DNA of 64,000 nt from contig CAVTNP010000001.1 of the NCBI GenBank assembly GCA_963736195.1, positions 1,717,068-1,781,067 of the forward strand. The letters run 5' to 3'. The notes below the pieces were generated by a model, which ran no database searches, was not told the origin of the DNA, and worked only from the letters and a program-made list of their open reading frames with translations. Numbering within the stretch: position 1 is the stretch's first letter; the number at the start of each line of letters is the position of its first letter. The translations under genes and the position numbers were made by a program. Shown here one piece after another: positions 40,427 to 51,300 of the stretch. This DNA is from Ignavibacteriota bacterium (GTDB lineage Bacteria > Bacteroidota > Ignavibacteria > Palsa-1295).

Positions 40427-41341
40427 CTACACTGATAATTCAGATTCAATCAATTTTTCTTTGATGCCATTCATACGGCAGGTTTCCGACCAGCGTGCTG
40501 TCGCGGCGCGCTCTTCCTCCTTGTAGCGGCGCAGGCGCACCATCAGATCGTCGAAGTCCACTTGGTGGCCATCGAAATCCGGACCATCCACGCAAGCGAA
40601 CTTAACCTGCTCACCGACCTTTACTCGGCACCCGCCGCACATGCCCGTGCCATCAACCATAATGGGATTGAGGCTGACCATGGTCTTGATTCCGGCTGAC
40701 CGCGTTGCTTGCGCGCTCGCTTTCATCATTACAGGAGGACCGATCGCAACAACTTCGTCGATGTCAGCATGCTTTTCGATCGCTTGTTTAATACCATCAG
40801 TCACAAATCCTTTAATTCCAGCCGAGCCGTCATCCGTGCAGATAACAAGTTCGTCGCAAATGCTCCGAAATTTATCTTCCCAAAATATCAGATCTTTGTT
40901 GCGGAATCCGAGGACACCGATCACATAGGCGCCATTTTGCTTCAATGCGCGTGCTTGCGGAAAAACCGGAGCGACGCCCAACCCGCCACCTACACAGATG
41001 ACTTTTTTGGCGTTGGTAATGTGACTCGGAATACCCATCGGCCCTGCCAAGCCATACAGCGAAGTCCCGATCTGGCAGGTTTGCTGCATTTCCAGCGTAG
41101 TCTTGCCGACAGCCTGAATAACGAGCGTGATCGTCCCTTTTTCCCGATCGAAATCGGCGATGGTGAGTGGAATCCGCTCACCGGTTGCATGGGACATCAC
41201 AATGACGAACTGACCGGGCTTTGCCGCGCGGGCCATCATCGGATGATGGACTTCGAGCATGTAGGTCACATCGGAATAATCCTCGCGTGCAAGGATTTCA
41301 AATGTCTGAGCATTGGTGCCGAAGGCAGCTAAATTTTCCAT
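40427..41341 (-). CDS. nfnA: NfnA/SudB/PyrK-like ferredoxin-NADP+ reductase small subunit (FAD plus [2Fe-2S])
   Basis: A PyrK-like fold. The C-terminal GMCGGCRVKVGEQVKFACVDGPDFDGHQVD is the typical [2Fe-2S] Cys cluster of this family. Confidence 0.7.
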   Translation of the reverse strand: MENLAAFGTNAQTFEILAREDYSDVTYMLEVHHPMMARAAKPGQFVIVMSHATGERIPLTIADFDREKGTITLVIQAVGKTTLEMQQTCQIGTSLYGLAGPMGIPSHITNAKKVICVGGGLGVAPVFPQARALKQNGAYVIGVLGFRNKDLIFWEDKFRSICDELVICTDDGSAGIKGFVTDGIKQAIEKHADIDEVVAIGPPVMMKASAQATRSAGIKTMVSLNPIMVDGTGMCGGCRVKVGEQVKFACVDGPDFDGHQVDFDDLMVRLRRYKEEERAATARWSETCRMNGIKEKLIESELSV

Positions 41342-42172
41342 AATAATCCCCCTACATTCAGGAGTATAAAAAATCATACCGAAGCGCTGTTAATCAGACA
41401 TCCTCACGATTCATGGCAAATAAACTAACGAAGTGCCATACAGGGCAAGAGCTGCTTAGTAAGATTTCTTATTTATGGTAAGAAATTTTAATTTTTGCAA
41501 TGGGAGGGGATACTTTCTACAAAACTTGAGCTGTTCGAAACGCTGTGAATCACTGGTTCAGACGGTCGGATGGATGTTCTGAGGCTGAAGGCCATCAAAC
41601 CTTGCCAGTATGAACAAACTCACCCTGAATCCATTCAAGAGGCAGGAAAAGACAATTTGAGCCAAGCCACACAATCCCATAATTCATGGTTCACACAGCT
41701 TCTACACCAGGCCCATGACCACCTGATGGTTCGGCGGACCAGCGAGACAAACTGCACCCTCTTTCTCATCGGTCAGAAATAGATTCAGATGGTTAATACC
41801 ACTAAAAACCGACTCGAGTGCCTTACTGAATGCTCCGAGCGCTTTCAGTTGGTTGCATGAAATTATACCGTTCGTCTATACGCATACTACGATCGCATTT
41901 TTCTTGGCAGGAATATCAAAATTGACGAAACGAAGCAATCAAACTCCGGAATTAATATTCTTCTTTTTTCGCACTGATGATTTTTGTAAGTGCCAATATT
42001 TAGCGATAATGATTCGCTTCGAAATAGTGAAGTTTGCGTCGCTCACTCTATTGCAATAGCAAACTGAAGACAACATCTGGAGTTGCAACGCCACATTCTC
42101 AGGCCAATCGGAGTGCAGAGAAGGTTTAGCTTTATGAGTGAACGCTCCTGTGTGAACAGTTCTTGAACAAGT

Positions 42173-42832
42173 TCAACGTTCAACGATCATCGAAACGCGC
42201 TGGATTTGCGTGCCAGACTGAACCACGCACTCATACATGCCCGTAGGCATAGTGCTGGCGTCCCAGATGAAGTATTGATTCCCACTAGAAAGATTACCAC
42301 TGAACAACCGCGCGACCTCCTTTCCGAGCAGATCTACAACCGAAACGTTCACATACCCCCCATTCGACGTGAATGTGATCGTCGTGGAGTGGGAGAATGG
42401 ATTTGGGTATGCGCTGATAGAATTCCCTTCAGGTCTCGAAGGTGCAACAGTGTTTGTGGCGATCATCTCTGAAAGCGGGCGGCGCCAAACACCGTTGCTG
42501 ATAGTTCCTGCGAAGAGAAAGGAGCCGCTTACCGCCAGAGACCAAATCAACGTGTTTGGCAATCCAGTATTGACTGACGTCCAATGTGCGCCATAGTCGG
42601 ATGAAAGATAAACGCCTCCTGCTCTTGCGGAATTTTTTAAATAGTTGTCTGCAGCAAAGAGATTTGTACCACTCACCGCAAAGTTACCGACCGAAGATGT
42701 TAACGGTAACCCATTGCTTGACGCTTTCCAACTTGCGCCGTTATCGGTCGAGAGAAAGACACCTCCCGTGGTTGCGCCGTCACCCTGGCCAGTCCCGGCA
42801 AACAGATTCGTGCCAACCAACGCAAGCAGCAT
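42173..42832 (-). pseudogene. N-terminally truncated paralog of the BNR-repeat/T9SS-CTD proteins (possible gene remnant)
   Basis: Only two Asp-box motifs remain (STDNGASW, SSDYGAHW), together with an intact CTD (SAYPNPFSHSTTITF...MYECVVQSGTQIQRVSMIVER). There is no signal peptide and an in-frame stop lies just upstream. Confidence 0.45.
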
Positions 42833-42881
42833 GAACCGCGATTTTCAGGATTTTGCGGATTAGCAGGATGGATTTTTGGGA

Positions 42882-43793
42882 TTATTTTGCAGTCGAATCG
42901 ACAGAGATGAGGGTGAAAGTGCGTTTCATATACTCTTTAGTTAGCCCTCCACTGGTTTCGGTTCGAAGAACGGGTAATCCATCGGAAGTTCGAAATTGTT
43001 CGAGACGGTCGGTTTTGCCGTGACCGGCAACGGTGCCACCAAACACCTGGTAGTTTATTGCTTTCGTTGTTAGCTCGTATATTCCTGCTTTCCTCTCGCT
43101 CAGATTCTGGCTAAGAGAATAATCGTTGCGATACGAATTATAACTCGGGCCGGGAGGGTTTAACACGACGGGACCACTGGCAGAATGATTTAATGGAATA
43201 TGAGGAGGGTTTGTCACCTCGTGACTGCTATCGTTCCATTCAGAACCACGGCGAACATTAGATCGAGCCGACCGTGGAGCAAAGTTCTTGTACAATGATC
43301 GTTTGATAGCTGTACTATCCTCGACCCCCCAGCCGTTGAAATTGGGATCTTTCATCTTTTCGTGAAAGATGCTATCATGGGTGTTGCGCCGAAGGATCAT
43401 TCCATCAAGATACATTCCATATTTATCTACCTTTACACTATAAAGTGGAATGTCTTCTCCGAGATTATGGGATACGCGTGGTCCTTCCAATACATCGTGT
43501 GTGTCATCACCGCCCTTGAAATCGTGCGTTTCGGTATTTTGCACAACGAGCGTTGCAGAGCCATCGAGATCAACATTTACGACCGCAATTTGAATATCTT
43601 CCTTGGAATCAAAATTTCCTCCTTCATAACCTGGCGGGTTATCCGGGCTCCGCATCTCATCCAGCCGCTGATAATGCAAGACAGTTCCTGCCTTGAAATG
43701 ATAGGAAAGATCGACCGGCGTGGGCGCTGTTGCCTGTGCGAGAGAGGTTTTGGCATAAGCCATCGAGATCAAGATGCAGCAAAAAAGTATTTT
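42882..43793 (-). CDS. secreted hypothetical protein
   Basis: The signal peptide is ILFCCILISMAYAKTSLAQA. The longest ORF, with its start at 43844, would overlap the tRNA-Val, so an internal GTG/ATG start is more likely. Confidence 0.45.
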   Translation of the reverse strand, partial: KILFCCILISMAYAKTSLAQATAPTPVDLSYHFKAGTVLHYQRLDEMRSPDNPPGYEGGNFDSKEDIQIAVVNVDLDGSATLVVQNTETHDFKGGDDTHDVLEGPRVSHNLGEDIPLYSVKVDKYGMYLDGMILRRNTHDSIFHEKMKDPNFNGWGVEDSTAIKRSLYKNFAPRSARSNVRRGSEWNDSSHEVTNPPHIPLNHSASGPVVLNPPGPSYNSYRNDYSLSQNLSERKAGIYELTTKAINYQVFGGTVAGHGKTDRLEQFRTSDGLPVLRTETSGGLTKEYMKRTFTLISVDSTAK

Positions 43794-43837
43794 CACAACG
43801 ATATGTTCCACAAATTCTAACTTCTCAATTGAAACCG

Positions 43838-43912
43838 TGGGCATTACAGGGTTCGAACCTGTGACCTTTCGCGTGTGAGGCGAACGCTCTGGACCAGCTG
43901 AGCTAAATGCCC
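43838..43912 (-). tRNA. tRNA-Val (anticodon CAC)
   Basis: The reverse complement folds as a cloverleaf: acceptor GGGCATT/AATGCCC, D stem GCTC/GAGC, anticodon stem TTCGC/GCGAA with loop CTCACAC, T stem ACAGG/CCTGT with loop TTCGAAC. No CCA is encoded. Confidence 0.85.
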
Positions 43913-44241
43913 GGACGGCTCCTAACTTCCAGAAATTTATGGTGGTTCCATTTTATGCGTCGTTTATGAATCTTTCTTCAGATAAATTCCCGTGAAACAG
44001 AATTAACCACTTTGTATCATTTTTTCGTGTGACATCGCGCAGCCTTTGGCGTTATACCTCTGAGGTCGATAATGCATAAGGTCCTCCCGGACGAATGATC
44101 CTTCGGAAACCGTTCGCATTATCCACCCACCGGTCGCTTATCGCATGTCGATGGGCCTGGTTTGTCAATCGTGGATGCACTCCCGTCGCCGATGGGACGC
44201 ATTCGAATCACAATCACTTTTTTATTAGTACGAGGTCTGAT

Positions 44242-45027
44242 ATGAAAAGACTAATCGGAGCACATTCACTCGCTCTTTTTGTAATATTGCCGCTTGCCTT
44301 GGCAAGCTGTTCCAACCCAAATTCTGCACCCGGAACGGTGGGAACCGGCATTACTCCGTCGGATTATTCTGCGGCAGCGTTCTTTAATACGCAAACGCTC
44401 GGGGATACCTCTTCAGTACCGTTTCCATTTTGTTTTCCCGTCCAATATTTACAGCAAAAACTTGGACTGACTGACACCCAAGTTCTGGATATTCAGAATT
44501 TGCAGGATTCTCTGCGGCTTGCATTGCAAACCCAGCTAGCCGCACTGAAAGCTGCCGGCAAGGTAAGTCCGGATTCCGTTCGCGCTTTGCGATTGGAGTA
44601 TCAAACGGATCTCTATACTGGCATAGCCGGAATACTGACCACGGCACAGCTTGCGGATCTGCAATCACTTCAGCCACCGCTTGGCCCACCAAATCAGTTT
44701 GGCCGAGGTCCAATTCCAGGGTGGGGTGGCCGAGGCCATCGAGGTCCGGATACCGTGAAAGTGCAAATTTCTGCCGCGCAGCGCGACAGCTTGGAGTTGG
44801 CTCGACTTGAAGCGACCCTTGCGACTGCCGAAGACACTTTGACGGCGACACAAATCTCGCTCATTCAGAATTTGCAAACCACGCTGATAGCGGATACAAC
44901 GCTAACGCCGCAGGGTCGGAGCGCAGAGTTCGATGCGCAACTGCAAACGATCCTTACATCGGCTCAGCTAACCGATTTACAACGGCTTGCTAATATCGGA
45001 GGTCGGCCACGCCGATGGCATCGGTAG
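44242..45027 (+). CDS. periplasmic LTXXQ-motif (Spy/CpxP-like) lipoprotein
   Basis: Lipobox LALASC. Repeated LTxxQ motifs are present: LTDTQ, LTTAQ, LTATQ, LTSAQ. Confidence 0.6.
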   Translation: MKRLIGAHSLALFVILPLALASCSNPNSAPGTVGTGITPSDYSAAAFFNTQTLGDTSSVPFPFCFPVQYLQQKLGLTDTQVLDIQNLQDSLRLALQTQLAALKAAGKVSPDSVRALRLEYQTDLYTGIAGILTTAQLADLQSLQPPLGPPNQFGRGPIPGWGGRGHRGPDTVKVQISAAQRDSLELARLEATLATAEDTLTATQISLIQNLQTTLIADTTLTPQGRSAEFDAQLQTILTSAQLTDLQRLANIGGRPRRWHR

Positions 45028-45049
45028 CCAAAGTTATTCATGACTCCGT

Positions 45050-45086
45050 ATGGGGACTCGCTGACGGCGAGTCCCCATTTTTTTTG
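45050..45086 (+). terminator. rho-independent terminator
   Basis: ggggactcgctgacggcgagtcccc followed by a T-run. Confidence 0.65.
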
Positions 45087-45310
45087 CCATTTTGAGGCCG
45101 GTTTTCCACATTTTTTTGATTTTTCCACAACCTCCAAATTTTCTTCGTATATTTGTAGAAGTTTAGAAGGAAAGTGGCTGGCAAAAATCAATTTTTGCCG
45201 TTTTTTGTCCGCCTCGATCCTATGCGTTTCGTTTAGTTAGCAGAGGGGAATTAGTTTGCACCTGTATCGGAATACTCCCCTCATTTTATCAACTTCTTCT
45301 AATCAATTCT

Positions 45311-48300
45311 ATGAGAAAAGTCCAGCGCATTCTTTGGGTGAGCATCATGCTGCTTGCTACCATCGCGTTAGCTCCACATTCTGCATTCGCGCAGGTGAGC
45401 ACCTCAACCGATGTTCCCCGCACGCTTAGTTATCAGGGCGTTCTTCAGTCGGACAATGGCGCGCCTGTCAACGGTGTCAAGCCGATGACGATTCGGCTGT
45501 ATTCGGATTCGGCAGGTTCGCAACTTGTTTGGGAAGATGAATTTGCAGTCAACGTGCAGAACGGCGTCTTCAATGTGATCCTCGGATCTCAGAAGCCGCT
45601 GCCCGATGCATCGCAGGTTACGGGTGCCCTCTGGCTGTCAACCCAGATCGGCGATTCGCTCGTCACTGGTTCGCTGACGCAGCTTTCGGCTTCGCCGTAT
45701 GCGCTCACAGTCCCGAACAATTCTATTACAGCCTCGAAAATGGGAACGGATTACGTCGGCTCGATCTCGTTGAATGGTAAGAAAATGACCGTCCGCGGAG
45801 GCGATCTCAATATTGTAACCGACGGTACCCTTCAGGCTACCTATGTGCCGACCTCCAATTCACTGCTTTTGAGCGCAACAGGTGGTGGTAATGGCAGTGG
45901 CAAGGGTAGTGGCAATGCGCTTATGAGCAATTACTGGGGTGAGTCTCCGTATCCGATGAATTACCTTGGGGATATGTGTTACAATGACCAAAACGACAAT
46001 GCCCAGACCCTTGAATGCAATTGGAGTACCCAGAAGATGTTTGTTACCGAGACGGGCACGGGAACACAGGGTTCTGCGCCAACATGGGCCACAATAAATG
46101 CAAGCGATCTTCCGCCGCTCGATAGCTGCACAGGGACGGTTCACGTCTCGAATGGTGGAACCGGCTGCACCTCCTATTCTACAGGTGACTTCTTGTATTG
46201 CTCGGGGTCAAACGCTCTTTCGCGACGCAGCATAGGTTCCGCTGGGCAAATTCTATCCTGCCAAAGCGGCCTGCCGACCTGGCATACACTCTGCGGAAGT
46301 GATCTTCCGGCTCTTGATAGCTGTCACGGCACAGTGCATGCCGCGAACGGAGGTACGGGTTGCACCACGTACAATGTCGGAGATATTTTGTATTGTTCAA
46401 CCGCAGGATCGCTTTCGCGGCTTAGCTGCGGATCAACCGGGCAGATACTGCAGTGCCAGGGCGGAGTTCCAACCTGGCAGCCCTGCCCGTCAGGAACGGT
46501 AACAGGGATTACCTTATCAACCGGATCAACAGGACTCACTGTTAATGGCGGCACGAGCGCCACTGTGAATTCCTCCGGTACATTTTCTATTGCCGGCACG
46601 CTTGCTATCACCGATGGTGGTACCGGCGCAACGACGGCCACTGCAGCGATCAACAATTTGCTTCCATCGCAGACAAGCAATGCGAACAAATACCTGCAAA
46701 CTAACGGCAGCGGAACACTTGTGTGGGCATCCGGCCCAGTTGGAGCTACAGGAGCAACTGGAGCTACCGGTGCCACAGGAGCGACAGGCCCGCAAGGACC
46801 AGCAGGCACGAATGGCGCTACCTGGTGGACTGGTACCACGGCTCCGGCCACGGGTACGGGTAGTGTCAACGATTATTATTTCGAATCCTCCAATGGATAC
46901 GTGTATGAAAAGACAGGAACGTCAACCTGGACTCAGATCGCAAATATCACTGGCCCAACAGGAGCCACTGGTGCAACAGGTGCTACCGGCCCCACGGGAG
47001 CTACCGGAGCAACAGGAGCGACTGGTGCAGCAGGAACGAATGGCCTTACTTGGTTTACTGGGACGACAACCCCAGCCTCTGGCACCGGCGCACTGAACGA
47101 CTTGTACTTTGAGTCGACAAATGGTTATGTCTATCAAAAGACTGCTTCGACAACATGGACGCAGATTGCCAACATCACCGGGCCACAAGGACCTGCTGGT
47201 ACCAATGGAACAAATGGTACTAACGGTACCAACGGAACGAATGGCACGAACGGAACGAATGGTGCCACGTGGTGGAGCGGCACCAGCACGCCATCGACAG
47301 GCACGGGCAGTGTAAACGACTACTACTTCGAATCATCGAATGGCGAAGTCTATCAGAAGACTGGCTCGACGACGTGGACCGCTTTGGCGAACATCACAGG
47401 CCCAACCGGTGCTACGGGCGCAACGGGCGCGACCGGAGCTACTGGCCCGCAAGGTCCACAAGGTATCCAGGGCGCGACCGGTGCAACTGGAGCAACGGGC
47501 GCCACTGGCCCGCAAGGTGTTCAGGGAGCCACCGGCGCAGCCGGAGCGAATGGTGCCACTTGGTGGAGCGGCACCAGCACACCGTCCACAGGAACGGGTA
47601 GCGTAAACGACTACTACTTCGAATCATCGAATGGCGAAGTCTATCAGAAGACTGGTTCGACGACGTGGACCGCATTAGCGAACATCACAGGCCCAACCGG
47701 AGCAACCGGAGCAACCGGTGCCACAGGAGCTACTGGCCCGCAAGGTCCACAAGGTATCCAGGGAGCAACCGGCGCGACTGGAGCAACGGGCGCCACTGGC
47801 CCGCAAGGTCCCCAAGGCATCCAGGGAGCAACCGGAGCTACTGGCGCGACTGGCGCAACCGGCGCCACCGGCGCAGCCGGAGCGAATGGTGCCACCTGGT
47901 GGAGCGGCACCAGCACCCCATCGACAGGCACGGGCAGCGTAAACGATTATTATTTCGAATCATCGAATGGCGAAGTCTATCAGAAGACTGGTTCGACGAC
48001 GTGGACCGCATTAGCGAACATCACAGGCCCAACCGGTGCAACTGGAGCAACGGGCGCGACCGGAGCTACTGGCCCGCAAGGTCCCCAAGGCATCCAGGGA
48101 GCGACCGGCGCGACTGGAGCAACCGGCGCCACTGGCCCGCAAGGTGTTCAGGGAGCCACCGGCGCAGCCGGAGCGAATGGTGCCACTTGGTGGAGCGGCA
48201 CCAGCACACCGTCCACAGGAACGGGTAGCGTAAACGACTACTACTTCGAATCATCGAATGGCGAAGTCTATCAGAAGACTGGTTCGACGACGTGGACCGC

Positions 48301-51300
48301 TTTGGCGAACATCACTGGCCCAACCGGTGCAACTGGCGCAACGGGCGCGACCGGAGCTACTGGCCCGCAAGGTCCGCAGGGTGTTCAGGGTGCAACAGGC
48401 GCCACTGGTCCGCAGGGTATTCAGGGAGCGACTGGAGCAACCGGTGCAGCCGGTGCGAATGGTGCAACCTGGTGGAGCGGCAGCAGCACGCCATCACCTA
48501 GCACGGGATCCAACAACGATTATTACTTCGAAACCTCAAATGGGGAAGTATATCTAAACGTTGAAGGATCGTGGACCGCTATAGCGAATATCACTGGCCC
48601 ACTGGAGCAACAGGCGCGACCGGAGCAACGGGTGCCACAGGAGCTACCGGGCCGCAGGGTCCGCAAGGTATTCAGGGAGCAACCGGAGCTACGGGAGCAA
48701 CCGGAGCAAGCGGAGCCACGGGCGCCACAGGCCCGCAGGGTCCCCAAGGTGTCCAAGGTGCGACGGGAGCCACAGGAGAAGCCGGAGCAAATGGTGCGAC
48801 CTGGTGGAGTGGTACAAGTGCACCGTCATCAAGCACCGGATCGAATAATGACTATTATTTCGAAACTTCGAATGGCGAGGTTTATGAAAAGATCAGTGGT
48901 TCCTGGGGTAATGGGATCTCCAATCTCACCGGGCCGCAGGGTCCGCAGGGTGATGTTGGCCCAACAGGCACAAATGGAACGAATGGCATCAACGGTACCA
49001 ATGGCACCAATGGCGCGACGTGGTGGTCTGGAACTTCGACACCTTCCTCCAATATCGGCTCGAATAATGATTATTATTTTGAATACTCGAACGGAGAGGT
49101 TTACGAAAAATCTTCTAACACGTGGTCAGAAGTAGCAAATATTACAGGCCCAACTGGTCCGATGGGAGCCACAGGCGCAACTGGAGCAACTGGCCCACAG
49201 GGTCCGCAAGGAGTTCAGGGCGAGACAGGCGCAACCGGAGCAACTGGCGCACAAGGTGCGACGGGAGCCACAGGTGCAACTGGAGCGACCGGCCCACAGG
49301 GTCCACAAGGTATTCAGGGTGCTACTGGAGCAACCGGTGCCACCGGCGCAGCCGGAGTGAATGGTGCCACTTGGTGGAGCGGCACCAGCACACCGTCCAC
49401 AGGAACGGGTAGCGTAAACGACTACTACTTCGAATCATCGGATGGCGAAGTCTATCAGAAGACGGGTTCGACAACTTGGACAGCTTTAGCGAACATCACA
49501 GGCCCAACCGGCGCAACAGGAGCGACGGGTGCAACTGGAGCACAGGGTCCGCAAGGCATTCAGGGTGCGACCGGACCACAGGGTCCGCAAGGCGTACAGG
49601 GTGCGACGGGTGCAACTGGCCCACAAGGTACGCAAGGCGTTCAGGGTGCGACGGGTGATACTGGCCCGCAGGGACCGCAAGGCGTGCAGGGTGCAACTGG
49701 TGCACAGGGACCACAAGGCCCTGCTGGCAACAATGGAACGAATGGAGCTACCTGGTGGTCTGGGACGACTTCACCATCCTCAAGCACCGGAGTCAACAAC
49801 GATTACTATTTCGAAACCTCGAATGGCGAGGTTTACGAGAAAATTAGTGGTGCATGGGGTAATGGAATTGCCAACCTGACTGGCCCACAAGGCCCACAAG
49901 GCGATGTTGGTCCTGCCGGATCCGATGGTACTAATGGTATCAACGGAACGAATGGAACCAATGGAGCGACTTGGTGGTCAGGAAGCTCGACACCATCATC
50001 GAGCATCGGTTCGAATAACGATTACTATTTCGAGTACTCGAATGGCGAGGTATACGAAAAGTCAGCTGGGACGTGGTCAGAGGTTGCCAATCTCACCGGT
50101 CCTGAGGGTCCACAGGGTCCTGCGGGTCCAAGTTCACTCTCAACAAGCACGAGTACCAGCGGCTCCGGATTCTTGGTTGCTAATGGTTCTAATGTGACGT
50201 TCGAGAGTGCCGTCAACCTGGCTTCTTCTGTTTCCGGTACACTTGCGGTCAGCAATGGCGGTACAGGTACTACCACAGCGCTCAGCACAGGCAGCGTCGT
50301 GTTTGCAACGTCTGGCGGGACATACACTGAGGATAATAACAACCTCTACTGGGATCAGACCAACCACCGGCTCGGTATCGGGACAACATCTCCGGGACAA
50401 TCACTCGATATTAATGGTACTGTGCAGATCGAGAACATGCCTACCGGAAGCACAACCGAAAATGTCGTGACTGCGGATGATAATGGTGTTCTCTCGGTGA
50501 TCCCGGCTTCTGATCTTATGGGAACGGGTTCCGGTCTCCAGGGCGGATCATGGCTCATTCAAGGTAATTCTGGAACTGATCCGAGCCAGAACTTTGTCGG
50601 GACGACCGATGCGAACGATCTTGTATTCCGGACCAATAATACCGAATTCATGCGAGTTCAGTCTGGCGGAAATGTCGGTATCTGGACTACAACGCCGAAT
50701 GCGGCCCTTGAAGTGGATGGATCCTTCTTAGCGTCTGGAAGCACAGGAGCGGCTCCTGCGTCAGGTGCTGGAACGCGACTGATGTGGGATCCCGATAACG
50801 CTGCATTACGCGCGGGTTCTGTCGATGGCACCCAATGGGATGAGGGATCGAGCAACATTGGCTCGAACTCGATGGCCTTTGGGTATGATGTTACGGCATC
50901 TGGTGCATACGCGTTGGCATCTGGGAATTACTCCAACGCAAGTGGCGCGAATGCCACAGCGATGGGTAATTCGGCGTCAGCGAGTGGTAATACTTCCGTA
51001 GCCATTGGATATAACACTGCGGCAGGCGGAGATTATTCTACCGCACTGGGCTATTTAACGCAGGCGAACTACAACTACTCCACCTCGATGGGTAGTGGTA
51101 CCGAAGCCAACAACCAATACGCAACCGCGATGGGTAACGGCAGCTATGCTGGCGGGAATAGTTCGACGGCGATGGGATACCAGACTCAGGCGAACGGAGA
51201 TTTCTCCACGGCTATGGGTAACGCTACGCAGGCGACTGGAGAGTATTCAACGGCTATGGGTTATGGAACCCTTGCAACGGCGCAGTCCTCTTTTGCAATT

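Noticed and set aside
46740-50140. Highly periodic near-identical DNA repeats that could be mistaken for a CRISPR array
   Set aside because: The units are ~290-330 nt, in-frame, and encode G-X-Y collagen tracts plus a conserved protein module within one long ORF. There are no short unique spacers and no cas genes nearby.
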